Under the pieces are notes generated by a model, which was not told the origin of the DNA, did not search any database, and saw only the letters and a program-made list of their open reading frames with translations. Both the position numbers and the translations under genes were made by a program. From NCBI RefSeq assembly GCF_003334815.1, contig NZ_QOWO01000014.1: DNA of 64,000 nucleotides; one strand, written 5' to 3'. Below are positions 35,274 through 46,948 of the stretch, in pieces. How positions within the stretch are numbered: position 1 is the stretch's first letter; each line of letters begins with the position of its first letter. This stretch comes from Escherichia coli (GTDB lineage Bacteria > Pseudomonadota > Gammaproteobacteria > Enterobacterales > Enterobacteriaceae).

Positions 35274-36536
35274 TTAAAGCAATTCCAGCGCCAGTAATTC
35301 TTCGATGGTCTGGCGACGGCGAATCAACCGCGCCTGACCATTATCAAACAGAACTTCTGGTAACAGCGGACGGCTATTGTAGTTGGATGACATTGATGCG
35401 CCATATGCCCCTGTATCATGCAGTACCAGATAATCACCTGCCTTCACTTCCGGCAAGGCGCGGGTTTCAACATTTCCCCCTTCCTGCTGGGTAAAGACAT
35501 CGCCCGATTCACATAACGGTCCGGCGACGACGGTTTCCACCGTTGGCGCGTGTTCCAGAGAACGACCATCAGCTGCCAGGGCACTGATATGGTGGTAACT
35601 ACCGTACATTGCCGGGCGCATCAGATCGTTGAACCCGGCATCAACCAGCACAAAGTGGCGGCTCCCCATTTGTTTGACGCTCCGCACCTGAGTAATTAAT
35701 ACGCCAGACTGCGCTACCAGGAAGCGACCCGGTTCAATTTCCAGTTTCACAGGGTGGCCCAAATGGCGGGCGATTTGCTCACGCGCGGCATTCCACAGAC
35801 CATAATAATGTTCGGTATCAACCGCCTCTTCACCCTGTTGATAAGGAACAGAAAGCCCACCGCCCGCAGAAATAGCCTGTAAATCCTGACCGAATTCGAT
35901 GACCTGACGCACCATAGCACCACACACCTGTTCCAGATGGGCATAATCAACGCCAGAACCAATGTGCATGTGAATGCCGACCAGCTGCAGATGATGACGT
36001 TGTATCACGTCCAGTGCGGCGGGCAGATCGGTGTACCAGATACCGTGCTTGCTGTTTTCGCCACCGGTATTGGTTTTTTGGCTATGTCCGTGACCAAACC
36101 CCGGATTAACGCGCAGCCATACCCGATGCCCTGGCGAAACCTGGCCCAGTTGGTCGAGCATATCAACAGAACCCGCATTCACCGGAATTTGCAATTCACT
36201 GACGCGTTCAAGCGTCGCCTGATCGATAACATCTGCCGTAAAAACAATATCATCGGGGTGCGTTTGCGGATTGTAACCCGCCGCCAACGCACGCTCTATT
36301 TCGCCTAACGAGACGGAATCCACTTTCACGCCCTGCTCACGCATTAAGCGCAAAATATGAATATTGGAACAGGCTTTCTGTGCAAAGCGCACCACATCAA
36401 ACTGTTTCAGCGCTGCAATCTGCCGACGAATAATTTGCGCATCGTAGACCCACACCGGGCAGCCAAATTCAGCGGGCAAACGCAGCAGATTTTCGGCGGT
36501 GAGATCGGTATCGGTGCTGAACAGTGAATGTGGCAT
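35274..36536 (-). CDS. lysA: Diaminopimelate decarboxylase LysA (420 aa)
   Basis: Fold-III PLP decarboxylase (FAQKACSN PLP-Lys region, GESGD motif). Confidence 0.95.
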   Translation of the reverse strand: MPHSLFSTDTDLTAENLLRLPAEFGCPVWVYDAQIIRRQIAALKQFDVVRFAQKACSNIHILRLMREQGVKVDSVSLGEIERALAAGYNPQTHPDDIVFTADVIDQATLERVSELQIPVNAGSVDMLDQLGQVSPGHRVWLRVNPGFGHGHSQKTNTGGENSKHGIWYTDLPAALDVIQRHHLQLVGIHMHIGSGVDYAHLEQVCGAMVRQVIEFGQDLQAISAGGGLSVPYQQGEEAVDTEHYYGLWNAAREQIARHLGHPVKLEIEPGRFLVAQSGVLITQVRSVKQMGSRHFVLVDAGFNDLMRPAMYGSYHHISALAADGRSLEHAPTVETVVAGPLCESGDVFTQQEGGNVETRALPEVKAGDYLVLHDTGAYGASMSSNYNSRPLLPEVLFDNGQARLIRRRQTIEELLALELL

Positions 36537-36657
36537 AACAAACTCCAGATAAGTGCTTTTTTATGATTACGCCACATCATAAAAAGAATAAAAAATATCG
36601 ATTTATGTCGAGTCTATGCAAAAATGATATGGATTACCGGATTGCGAGAGAGCGCTA

Positions 36658-37593
36658 ATGGCCGCCGTTAACTTACGTCATATTGAAATTTTTCATGCGG
36701 TAATGACCGCCGGAAGCCTGACTGAGGCGGCACACCTGCTACACACCTCACAGCCAACCGTCAGCCGCGAACTTGCGCGCTTTGAGAAGGTGATCGGGCT
36801 GAAATTGTTTGAGCGCGTACGTGGGCGATTACATCCTACCGTGCAAGGACTGCGTCTGTTTGAAGAAGTGCAACGATCCTGGTACGGACTGGATCGCATT
36901 GTCAGCGCCGCAGAAAGTCTGCGCGAGTTTCGCCAGGGAGAACTGTCTATTGCCTGCCTGCCGGTCTTTTCGCAATCTTTTTTACCGCAGCTCCTGCAAC
37001 CCTTTCTGGCACGTTATCCCGATGTCAGCTTAAATATCGTGCCCCAGGAATCACCGCTACTTGAAGAGTGGCTCTCGGCCCAGCGTCATGATTTAGGACT
37101 CACTGAAACGCTCCATACGCCTGCGGGAACAGAACGTACCGAATTACTCTCTTTAGATGAAGTGTGTGTGTTACCTCCGGGTCATCCGCTGGCGGTAAAA
37201 AAGGTATTAACGCCGGATGATTTTCAGGGTGAGAACTACATCAGCCTTTCCCGTACTGACAGCTATCGCCAGTTGCTGGATCAGCTATTTACTGAACATC
37301 AGGTTAAACGACGCATGATCGTAGAAACCCACAGCGCCGCGTCAGTCTGCGCAATGGTACGGGCGGGGGTAGGTGTTTCGGTGGTTAACCCGCTCACCGC
37401 ACTAGATTATGCGGCAAGCGGTTTAGTGGTGCGGCGGTTCAGTATTGCGGTTCCGTTCACCGTCAGCCTGATCCGCCCCCTGCACCGCCCGTCATCAGCG
37501 CTGGTTCAGGCGTTTAGTGGGCATTTACAAGCGGGGTTACCGAAACTGGTCACTTCTCTTGACGCTATTTTGTCGTCAGCTACGACAGCATAA
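36658..37593 (+). CDS. lysR: LysR, transcriptional activator of lysA (311 aa)
   Basis: LysR-type wHTH ([43 protein letters not shown]). Divergent from lysA. Confidence 0.95.
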
Positions 37594-38272
37594 AAGCGAC
37601 AGCATCCTCGGCATGGATCGCCGCGGTATCAAACACAGGCAAAACACTGCGCTCTTCTGGCACCAGTAAACCAATTTCTGTGCAGCCAAAAATGACGCCC
37701 TGTGCGCCCTGTTCTGCAAGGCGAGCAATCACTTGCGCATAATAAGCGCGTGACGCTTCGGTAAATTGCCCCAGACACAGTTCTTCAAAAATAATCTGAT
37801 TAATTTTCGCCCGTTCATCCGCTTCAGGAATAAGACAATTGATGGAAAATTGTTCCGTCAGCCGCCCGCGATAAAAATCCTGTTCCATGGTGTAACGCGT
37901 ACCCAGCAGCGCCACACGAGTCATTCCGGCCCCGGTAATTGCACGTCCGGTGGCATCCGCAATGTGTAAGAAAGGCAGAGTGCAACGTGACTCAATGGCA
38001 TCCGCCACTTTATGCATCGTATTGGTACATAACACAATACCTTCTGCGCCCGCCCGCTGTAAGCCAAGCGCCGCCTCAGCCAGAATGTCCCCGGTTTTAT
38101 CCCATTCCCCGCGACGCTGGCACTCTTCTATTTCATGAAAATCGACGCTATGTAGCAGCACTTGCGCAGAGTGAAGCCCACCAAGCCGCTGTTTAATGCC
38201 TTCATTTATCAAACGATAGTAAGGAATGGTGGATTCCCAGCTCATTCCTCCCAGCAAACCAATTGTTTTCAT
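37580..38272 (-). CDS. ygeA: Asp/Glu/hydantoin-racemase-family amino-acid racemase YgeA (230 aa)
   Basis: ORF 37580..38341. The internal ATG at 38272 gives [23 protein letters not shown]. Paired catalytic Cys regions (LCTNTMH, FGCTEIG). Its 3' end overlaps the lysR 3' end by 14 nt. Confidence 0.88.
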
Positions 38273-38360
38273 TCCTCTCTCCTGATGTGTGTTACCGCAA
38301 CAAGGCTGAATAAGGAACGAGACAAACGCCTCAACGGCCAAGTGCCCAATCTCTATTAAC

Positions 38361-38394
38361 GAAAAAAGGGCCGGATGTACAGCACATCCGGCCC
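38361..38394 (-). terminator. Rho-independent terminator of araE
   Basis: GGGCCGGATGT-loop-ACATCCGGCCC, followed on the minus strand by TTTTTTC. Lies 7 nt after the araE stop. Confidence 0.8.
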
Positions 38395-38400
38395 GTGAAA

Positions 38401-39819
38401 TCAGACGCCGATATTTCTCAACTTCTCGCCTGCCATCAGTTTGCGTTCGATATGTTCCAGCGTGACATTTTTGGTTTCCGGAATGAGCCAGAAAGTAATG
38501 CCCACAAACGCAATGTTCAGCGCAGTGTAGAGCCAGAACGTACCGGCAGCGCCAATGCTATCAAGCAGTGTCAGGAAGGTCGCGCCGATAATCATATTCG
38601 ACACCCAGTTCGTGGTGGTCGAACAGGTAATACCGAAATCGCGGCATTTCAGCGGCTGAATTTCAGAGCACAGGATCCACACCACTGGCGCGGCGCTCAT
38701 CGCATAACCGGCAATACACATCATCGTCATGCCAACAGAGAGCCAGGACAAGCCACTGGAAGCCGTACCGTTATCAAACTGCATCAGGCAATAGCCCAGC
38801 ACCAGAGTGCCTAACGCCATCACGCTGAAACCAATTTTCAGAGCCGGTTTACGCCCTGCTTTATCTACCGTAAACACCGCAATAAAGGTGGCGAACATAA
38901 AGGTCAGCCCTACGACCAGAGTCGCAATCATCTGTTGTTCTGTGGTCGTAAAGCCCGCCATTTTGAAGATACGCGGCGCGTAGTACATGATGATGTTCAT
39001 ACCGGTAAACTGCTGCATCGCCTGCAACAACATACCGAGAAACACAGCACGACGGACGTTACGGTTGATCTTAAACAGTGCCCAACCGCCCTGTTTTAAC
39101 TTCAGGCTTTCACGAATTTCGTTGAGTTCTTCTCGCGCTTTTTCCGACGTATCGCGCAGCATACGCAATACTTCTTCCGCCTCAATATGACGCCCCTTTT
39201 CCGCCAGCCAGCGCGGGCTATTTGGCAGGAAGACTACCAGAATAATCAGCAGAACTGCTGGTAAAGCAAGAACCCCCAACATTGCGCGCCAGTTACCGCT
39301 ATAACTGAACGCTGTATCGGATAAAAACGCCAGCACGATGCCGAGTGTGACCATCAACTGGTACATACTGATCATCTTACCGCGAACGTTTTCACTTGCC
39401 ATTTCAGAAAGATACAGAGGAGCGGTGTAAGACGCGATCCCGACAGCAATGCCCAGCACCACACGAGCGGCGATTAACATCTCTACGCTGGTCGCAAAAG
39501 CGGACCCTATAGAACCGAGTACAAACAGGATGGCCCCCGCCATCAGGCTGTATTTACGCCCCAGGCGGAACGACAGCCAACCATTAAACAGCGCACCAAT
39601 TGCTGCACCGAGCATCATGCTACTAACCACCCATTCCTGCAAACGACTGGTCAGCACAAAGTGATCGGTAATGAACGGCAACGCTCCGGCGATTACGCCG
39701 ATATCAAGACCAAATAACAATCCTGCGACCGCAGCAGCTACCGAAACAAACATATTCATACGCCGCGTATCCCGCAAAGAACGTGGCGTTAAAGCAGATT
39801 CCGTATTGATAGTAACCAT
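38401..39819 (-). CDS. araE: Arabinose:H+ symporter AraE (MFS sugar porter, 472 aa)
   Basis: ORF 38401..39948. The real start is at [43 protein letters not shown] (ATG 39819). Sugar-porter signatures are present. Confidence 0.94.
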
Positions 39820-40085
39820 TTTTTCCTGCCAGCAGAGAGTAAGACATAGTGAAAAAATACGTGAACAACTCACGCAGGTGTCAGGTCGGAAACAGCATAA
39901 ATATGGATTAAATTGCTGCGACATGTCGTTATGTGATGGATATTCCAATTTTCAAATTAAGTTGAATTATTGAGATTATTATTAACCACCTAATTTTACA
40001 GCAGATAAAATTCATAAAGTTCATTAATTGATAATTAATATGGATTATTTCATAACCATGATATGGATTATGATGATCTACAGGT

Positions 40086-40111
40086 ATAAAAAACCCTGCC
40101 ATGCGGCAGGG
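40086..40111 (-). terminator. Rho-independent terminator of kduD
   Basis: CCCTGCC-ATGC-GGCAGGG, followed on the minus strand by TTTTTTATA. Confidence 0.8.
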
Positions 40112-40133
40112 TCATAAAAGTAAGAAGAATGAA

Positions 40134-40895
40134 TTAACGCGCCAGCCAACCGCCATCCACGGCAATGGTATAACCATTCACATAATCTGAAGCGCTGGAG
40201 GCAAGGAACACTATCGGCCCCATCAGGTCACTCGGCAGTCCCCAACGACCAGCTGGAATGCGGTCGAGAATTTCCGCGCTACGTTGTTCATCTGCCCGTA
40301 GTTGTTGAGTATTGTTGGTCGCCATGTAACCCGGGGCTATCGCATTAACATTAATGTTGTGTTTAGCCCATTCGTTCGCCATCAATCGCGTCACACCCAT
40401 CACGCCGCTTTTTGATGCGGTATAAGAAGGCACACGGATCCCGCCCTGGAAGGAGAGCATTGACGCGATATTGATAATCTTGCCGCCATTGCCTTGCGCG
40501 ATAAAGTGTTTCGCCGCTGCCTGAGACATGAAGAATACGCTCTTGATATTCAGGTTCATGACATCGTCCCAGTCCTTTTCGCTGAACTCGAGAGCATCTT
40601 CGCGGCGAATCAATCCGGCGTTATTCACCAGGATATCAATATGACCAAACTCCGCTACCGCGCGATCCAGCAGTGCTGGAATACCATCAATCTTTCGCAG
40701 ATCGGCGGTCAGGCTTAAAAAACGACGCCCCAGCGCTGTGACCTGCTCGATGGTTTCAGTCGGTTCAACGATGTTAATGCCAACAATGTCACAGCCCGCT
40801 TGCGCCAGCCCCAACGCCATCCCCTGACCCAGTCCAGTATCACAACCAGTGACGACCGCAACTTTACCTTCGAGAGAAAATGCACTTAAAATCAT
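40134..40895 (-). CDS. kduD: 2-dehydro-3-deoxy-D-gluconate 5-dehydrogenase KduD (SDR, 253 aa)
   Basis: SDR motifs TGCDTGLG and YTASK. Confidence 0.94.
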   Translation of the reverse strand: MILSAFSLEGKVAVVTGCDTGLGQGMALGLAQAGCDIVGINIVEPTETIEQVTALGRRFLSLTADLRKIDGIPALLDRAVAEFGHIDILVNNAGLIRREDALEFSEKDWDDVMNLNIKSVFFMSQAAAKHFIAQGNGGKIINIASMLSFQGGIRVPSYTASKSGVMGVTRLMANEWAKHNINVNAIAPGYMATNNTQQLRADEQRSAEILDRIPAGRWGLPSDLMGPIVFLASSASDYVNGYTIAVDGGWLAR

Positions 40896-40924
40896 AACAA
40901 TACCTTATTCGTTTATGCCCACAA

Positions 40925-41761
40925 CTAGCGCAAATCTTTAACGGCCACATGGTCCATATCATCAAAGACCTGGTTTTCACCGACCATGCCCCAGATAAAG
41001 GTATAAGCTTTGGTTCCGACACCGGAATGGATCGACCAGCTCGGGGAGATCACCGCCTGCTCGTTATGCATCACAATATGACGCGTTTCTTGCGGCTGCC
41101 CCATCATGTGGAAAACGCAGGCGTCATCATCCATATTGAAATAGAAATAAACTTCCATCCGGCGCTCGTGGGTGTGACACGGCATGGTGTTCCACAAGTT
41201 ACCCGGAGCCAGCTCCGTCAGCCCCATACTCAATTGGCAGGTTTCCAGTACATCCGGGACAAAATATTTGTTAATCGTGCGACGGTTACTGGTGAGGTTA
41301 TCGCCTAACGTGACTGGAGATACTTCGTCCGGTGTGACTTTTTTGGTGGGATACGTCGTATGCGCGGGTGCGCAATTGTAATAAAACTTCGCCGGAGTGC
41401 CGGTATCAATACTGGCAAAGACAACTTCTTTTGCACCTTTACCAACATACAGGGCGTCGCGGTGACCGATTTCATAGCATTGGCCATCGACAGTAATCGT
41501 ACCGGCACCGCCAATATTGATAACACCTAACTCGCGACGTTCAAGGAAATAGCTTACGCCGAGTTGTTTACCAACTTCCCCGCCAACGGAAACCGTTTTA
41601 GTTATCGGCATAATGCCGCCAACAATAATTCGGTCAATGTGGCTGTAAACCATGGTGTACTCATCGGCGACAAATACCTTTTCAACCAAAAATTCATTGC
41701 GCAGCCCTTGGGTATCCAGCGTTTTTGCGTGCGCACTGTGGATGCTCTGTCTTACGTCCAC
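40925..41761 (-). CDS. kduI: 5-keto-4-deoxyuronate isomerase KduI (cupin, 278 aa)
   Basis: Full [29 protein letters not shown]... with the cupin metal-site [12 protein letters not shown]. Confidence 0.94.
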
Positions 41762-41805
41762 ATCAACCTCCGATAATCAGTGAAGCGTGAAAATAGAAAA
41801 CGATA

Positions 41806-41891
41806 GTGAAACACTGTTTCGTTTTCTCTATAAAGGGATGATATGCCCATGGGCTAGGGTTTTCAATTAAAAATAAAACAATGTTTCATTT
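41806..41891. promoter_or_regulatory. Putative KdgR operators upstream of kduI
   Basis: AATAAAACAATGTTTCATT at 41872-41890 fits the KdgR consensus AATRAAAYRNYRTTTYATT at every position. A second half-palindrome TGAAACACTGTTTCG lies at 41807-41821. Confidence 0.5.
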
Positions 41892-42047
41892 TTAAGTTAA
41901 GGATTAAAAAAAGTGCAGTGTCGATCACGAATATGTCATGAGAATGGAAAAATGAGGGAGCCCAGAAAATGTATGTCGACTTGCCAGCCATCATTATTCA
42001 ACAGATTAATGACGGCAGATATTTATCGGTAAGGAGGAAATGCAGAG

Positions 42048-43229
42048 CTATTCGTCACGTTCAATGGTCAATGCCACACCCTGGCCCCCGCCGATACAAA
42101 GCGTTGCCAGTCCTTTGCGGGCATTACGTTTCACCATTTCATGAACCAGAGAAACCAGGATTCGGCAACCGGAAGCGCCTATCGGGTGACCGAGTGCGAT
42201 CGCGCCACCATTGACATTGACCCGACGCTCATCCCACTCAAGCATCTTGCCAACCGAAAGCGCCTGTGCAGCAAACGCTTCATTAGCCTCGATAAGATCG
42301 ACTTCAGCCAACTGCCAGCCTACACGCTCCAGGCAACGGCGGGTCGCATACACCGGCGCAATTCCCATCAATGCCGGATCTACACCAACGCTGGCAAATG
42401 CGCGAATGCGGGCCAGCACGGGTAAATTCAACGCTCGTGCTTTGGCTTCGCTCATCATCATTACCGCAGCTGCGCCATCGTTTATGGATGATGCATTACC
42501 CGCTGTCACAGAACCGAGACTATCAAATGAAGGATTTAAACGGGCTAAGCCTTCTGCGCTGGCGTCAGTGCGTGGCTGTTCATCGGTATCAACAACCAAC
42601 GTCTGCCCGTTACTTTGGGTCATTACCGGGACGATCTCATCTTTAAATCGTCCGGCGTCAATCGCCGCTCGCGCTTTTTGTTGCGAGCTAAGTGCGTAAG
42701 CATCCTGCAACTGACGGCTGATGCCATATTCGCGAGCCAGATTTTCGGCGGTGACACCAATATGATAATCATTGAAGGCATCCCACAACCCATCATGCAC
42801 AAGACTGTCAACCAACTGGCTATTGCCAAGCTGTGCACCGGTGCGGCTATCAGTCAGAACATGTGGTGCGCGGCTCATGTTTTCCTGGCCACCGGCGATG
42901 ACAATATCAGCCTCGCCACACTGTATCGCCTGAGTAGCCAGATGCAGTGCTTTAAGCCCGGAACCGCAAACGTCATTAATAGTGATTGCAGAAACGCTAT
43001 TAGGCAGACCACCTTTAATAGCCGATTGCCTTGCCGGATTCTGCCCTGCCCCTGCAGTCAACACCTGACCAAGAATTACTTCATCCACCGCATATGCAGG
43101 AACGCCGGTACGTTCTATTAACGCTTTCACGACCAGACTACCAAGTTCCACGGCGGAATGACCCGCTAACGCACCACGAAAGCAGCCGATAGGTGTCCGT
43201 AACGCCCCGACAATCACAACGTCTTTCAT
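42048..43229 (-). CDS. yqeF: Acetyl-CoA acetyltransferase (thiolase II) YqeF (393 aa)
   Basis: Thiolase motifs (INDVCGSGLKA, NVNGGAIALGHPIGASG, CIGGGQG). ATG at 43229 preceded by GAGG. Confidence 0.92.
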   Translation of the reverse strand: MKDVVIVGALRTPIGCFRGALAGHSAVELGSLVVKALIERTGVPAYAVDEVILGQVLTAGAGQNPARQSAIKGGLPNSVSAITINDVCGSGLKALHLATQAIQCGEADIVIAGGQENMSRAPHVLTDSRTGAQLGNSQLVDSLVHDGLWDAFNDYHIGVTAENLAREYGISRQLQDAYALSSQQKARAAIDAGRFKDEIVPVMTQSNGQTLVVDTDEQPRTDASAEGLARLNPSFDSLGSVTAGNASSINDGAAAVMMMSEAKARALNLPVLARIRAFASVGVDPALMGIAPVYATRRCLERVGWQLAEVDLIEANEAFAAQALSVGKMLEWDERRVNVNGGAIALGHPIGASGCRILVSLVHEMVKRNARKGLATLCIGGGQGVALTIERDE

Positions 43230-43483
43230 CACAACCTCGCACCAATTAACAGTGCAATAGTAAATGATTGTTAATTACAGTTATCTTAATTGTTTAAAAA
43301 AGGTGATTTTTATCACAAAGGAAATATGCCTGAGCAGCAGTCAGAGACATAACTGGCACGTAAGGTTTGCAACCACTAACCCACCAATAGAGGGGTAGAT
43401 AGGGCGTTAATCTCCCATACTTAACCTGGTTTATGGTAAATTGCCCTCCATTTTGTTTAATTTGTAGATGATACGTTCAGATA

Positions 43484-44713
43484 ATGTCTAATATTTGGTC
43501 TAAAGAAGAAACTCTGTGGAGTTTCGCGCTCTACGGCACAGCCGTTGGTGCAGGCACGCTCTTCCTTCCTATTCAGTTAGGTTCGGCAGGGGCTGTGGTC
43601 CTGTTTATTACTGCTCTGGTCGCCTGGCCTTTAACATATTGGCCACATAAAGCCTTGTGCCAGTTCATCCTCTCATCAAAAACATCAGCAGGTGAAGGGA
43701 TAACGGGCGCGGTAACACACTACTATGGCAAGAAGATTGGTAATCTGATTACCACGCTGTACTTCATCGCCTTTTTTGTCGTCGTGTTGATATATGCAGT
43801 GGCAATTACCAACTCACTTACGGAACAGCTGGCAAAGCATATGGTTATTGATCTTCGCATCCGTATGTTGGTGAGTCTGGGTGTTGTATTAATTCTGAAT
43901 CTCATTTTTCTGATGGGACGTCATGCCACTATTCGGGTAATGGGATTTTTGGTATTCCCATTGATTGCCTATTTCTTATTTCTTTCCATTTACCTTGTCG
44001 GTAGTTGGCAACCTGATCTATTAACAACCCAGGTAGAGTTCAATCAGAATACCCTTCACCAGATATGGATATCGATTCCCGTGATGGTTTTCGCCTTTAG
44101 CCATACGCCCATTATTTCTACGTTTGCCATAGACAGACGTGAAAAATATGGCGAACACGCTATGGATAAATGCAAAAAAATTATGAAAGTCGCTTATCTC
44201 ATCATCTGCATAAGTGTACTGTTCTTTGTCTTTAGCTGCCTGCTTTCTATTCCACCTTCGTATATTGAAGCTGCTAAAGAAGAAGGGGTCACCATTTTAT
44301 CGGCGCTTTCTATGCTGCCGAACGCCCCAGCATGGTTGTCAATTTCCGGGATTATTGTCGCAGTAGTTGCGATGTCGAAATCATTCCTGGGTACGTACTT
44401 TGGCGTTATTGAAGGTGCCACAGAGGTCGTCAAAACAACACTACAGCAGGTTGGTGTAAAGAAAAGTCGTGCATTTAACCGCGCACTATCAATTATGTTG
44501 GTATCGCTGATTACCTTCATTGTTTGTTGCATTAACCCGAACGCGATTTCGATGATTTACGCGATCAGCGGCCCGCTCATTGCCATGATACTTTTCATCA
44601 TGCCTACGCTGTCAACGTATCTCATCCCGGCGCTTAAACCCTGGCGTTCCATCGGAAATCTGATTACGCTGATCGTGGGTATCCTGTGCGTATCGGTAAT
44701 GTTCTTTAGCTAA
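43484..44713 (+). CDS. yqeG: HAAAP-family (serine/threonine-type) amino-acid transporter YqeG (409 aa)
   Basis: 11-TM ORF resembling the SdaC/TdcC family. It is the last GC-normal gene before the island. Confidence 0.88.
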   Translation: MSNIWSKEETLWSFALYGTAVGAGTLFLPIQLGSAGAVVLFITALVAWPLTYWPHKALCQFILSSKTSAGEGITGAVTHYYGKKIGNLITTLYFIAFFVVVLIYAVAITNSLTEQLAKHMVIDLRIRMLVSLGVVLILNLIFLMGRHATIRVMGFLVFPLIAYFLFLSIYLVGSWQPDLLTTQVEFNQNTLHQIWISIPVMVFAFSHTPIISTFAIDRREKYGEHAMDKCKKIMKVAYLIICISVLFFVFSCLLSIPPSYIEAAKEEGVTILSALSMLPNAPAWLSISGIIVAVVAMSKSFLGTYFGVIEGATEVVKTTLQQVGVKKSRAFNRALSIMLVSLITFIVCCINPNAISMIYAISGPLIAMILFIMPTLSTYLIPALKPWRSIGNLITLIVGILCVSVMFFS

Positions 44714-44725
44714 TATCAGTTGTGG

Positions 44726-44765
44726 ATGGTTCAAAATTGCTACAATTTTGAACCATTCCATTTTT
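44726..44765 (+). terminator. Rho-independent terminator of yqeG; marks the left edge of the AT-rich island
   Basis: Perfect 14-bp stem ATGGTTCAAAATTG-CTA-CAATTTTGAACCAT, then TCCATTTTT. Confidence 0.8.
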
Positions 44766-45172
44766 CATAATATTCATTTGTTATTATTCCACCCTATCAC
44801 TTCTCTCGTCATATCCTAGTATTATCAGTTAGTTAAACACACAAAGAGATCTGAACATCTTAAATAAGACTATTTAAGATGCATAACTTAGATTCGCAAG
44901 ATATCTTCTGGTCATTCAAAAACAATTTGCGATATAGATATTCTTATACCATGAGATAGTTATCTGGACCGCTCTCAACCATGCAAGATTAAATCAGTGA
45001 AACATAATCATATTTGATAACGAGAAATGCATTTTTAAATGCCTTACTCAGAATTATAGCAAATACAGATTAATCGCAATTTTTCCCGGCAAAATTACAA
45101 AATCATGGTGTATTGACATCATCAATAACCAATGAAATTATGCAATTATATACGGATAGGGAGGTTCTTAAC

Positions 45173-45805
45173 ATGGGGCTTTGTAGTCGTTATAAAAGTC
45201 TTACATGCAATAGTTGCTCAATGCATTGCCAAATAATGCCAGAAGAGTCACCGCGTTTGCAGTATTGCGCAAACTCGTGTTTTTGTATGTGGCCCGAAGA
45301 AAGTTCATATTTTAATCGTGGTGTGGTAGAAGGTATCTTAACAAAAAACCACAATGCGAGATTAAGCGGATATATTTTTGTCGATTTTTCAGTAAGTTTT
45401 TTACGTCTATTCCTTGAAAAAGACTGGATTGACTATCTTGCAAGTACTGACATGGGGATTGTTTTAGTCAGCGACCGCAATATGCAATCGTTAGCTAATT
45501 ACTGGCGAAAACACAACTCAGCAATATCTGCTGTCATATATAATGATGATGGTCTTGATGTTGCCAATGAAAAGATCAGACAACTATTTATTGGTCGTTA
45601 TTTATCATTTACCAGAGGTAACACATTAACTCAGATGGAATTCACCATAATGGGGTATATGGTTTCTGGTTATAATCCATATCAGATTGCTGAAGTTCTG
45701 GATATGGATATCCGTAGCATCTACGCGTACAAGCAACGAATCGAAAAGAGAATGGGTGGTAAAATAAACGAATTATTTATTCGTTCACATTCGGTCCAAC
45801 ATTGA
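45173..45805 (+). CDS. yqeH: LuxR-type HTH regulator YqeH (210 aa)
   Basis: ORF 45113..45805. The ATG at 45173 is preceded by AGGGAGG. C-terminal LuxR/FixJ HTH (LTQMEFTIMGYMVSGYNPYQIAEVLDMDIRSIYAYKQRIEKRMG). Confidence 0.85.
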   Translation: MGLCSRYKSLTCNSCSMHCQIMPEESPRLQYCANSCFCMWPEESSYFNRGVVEGILTKNHNARLSGYIFVDFSVSFLRLFLEKDWIDYLASTDMGIVLVSDRNMQSLANYWRKHNSAISAVIYNDDGLDVANEKIRQLFIGRYLSFTRGNTLTQMEFTIMGYMVSGYNPYQIAEVLDMDIRSIYAYKQRIEKRMGGKINELFIRSHSVQH

Positions 45806-46138
45806 TACTCAACGACCAGCCAGAATCATACTCTGTTTATACGGGCATTTATTGAAATGTCCGTATTTTATAAATAGGCCGTCCCCTCAAGAGTAAACAC
45901 CATAGTATTTAAAACCATCACACGAAAAATTCAGAAGCATTACGAAATATGAATTTACAAACAATAGTGGCATAAATGTTAACCATGTTAATTTACGTAA
46001 AGTTTTACGTTGCAACATTAAAGCCTCATTTCAATCATCATGATAAATATAAAATTAATATATATTTATGCCGTAAATACCAATATACTTAGCAAACTAT
46101 GTGATCTCCATTTCGATTGATTTAGTGTTTATTGACGT

Positions 46139-46948
46139 ATGTACTGGATTATTAACGATAATATCGAGTTCTGGCCTGAGCACCGAAAATTAATATCGGT
46201 ACATAACGCCGATCTTAACGTCGTTCTGACAACGCCAGCCAGTCGATGTTTATCACTTCTACTTGAAGCTTTTCCTGATGTGGTTGCACAACAAGATTTT
46301 TTCACCAGAGTCTGGGAAGAAGAAGGTATGCGTGTGCCTACTAACACGTTATATCAGAACATATCCATTATCAGACGCGGATTTCGCGCTGTTGGTGATA
46401 CTACCCACTCGCTAATTGCAACCGTGCCGAGAAGAGGATTCAAGATCCATAATGACATTAACATACAAAATCATGTAATAAACTCGTCAACAGACGCACA
46501 TACACACAATGCCCCACCTGCCATAAAAGTTAATGCGGGATACAAAGAGAGCATTGGTGGCGCAAAGAATTTCAATAACAAAATCCTCAAACATATAAAA
46601 AGTCATCTAATTATGTTGAGCGCATTTGTCATAGGCGCATATTCTGCATATTGGCTATGGAATAATAATCAACCGAAGCCATTTTTCAAGGATTACAAGA
46701 CTGTTGCGGAAATTAATGGCTGCCATTTTAATGTAACAGAAGATACAATTGATGGGTTGAAAGAGTTCGATAAATATAAAACACGGATACTGGATTCGGG
46801 GATTAACTGTAAAAAACATCCGTGGTTATACTTCCCTCTTGCAAAATCCTCACCGGGGATGATTGTTATGGCATGCAATAAAAACTATAACCAACATGAA
46901 GTGGCAAACTGTTTAACCCTGTCTTACCGTGAGGTTAATCGTGATTGA
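46139..46948 (+). CDS. yqeI: ToxR/CadC-like membrane-anchored winged-helix regulator YqeI (269 aa)
   Basis: N-terminal OmpR/PhoB-type DNA-binding domain (...TLYQNISIIRRGF...VPRRGFKI), one TM segment (LIMLSAFVIGAYSAYWLW) and a roughly 100-aa extracytoplasmic tail. Confidence 0.85.
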   Translation: MYWIINDNIEFWPEHRKLISVHNADLNVVLTTPASRCLSLLLEAFPDVVAQQDFFTRVWEEEGMRVPTNTLYQNISIIRRGFRAVGDTTHSLIATVPRRGFKIHNDINIQNHVINSSTDAHTHNAPPAIKVNAGYKESIGGAKNFNNKILKHIKSHLIMLSAFVIGAYSAYWLWNNNQPKPFFKDYKTVAEINGCHFNVTEDTIDGLKEFDKYKTRILDSGINCKKHPWLYFPLAKSSPGMIVMACNKNYNQHEVANCLTLSYREVNRD

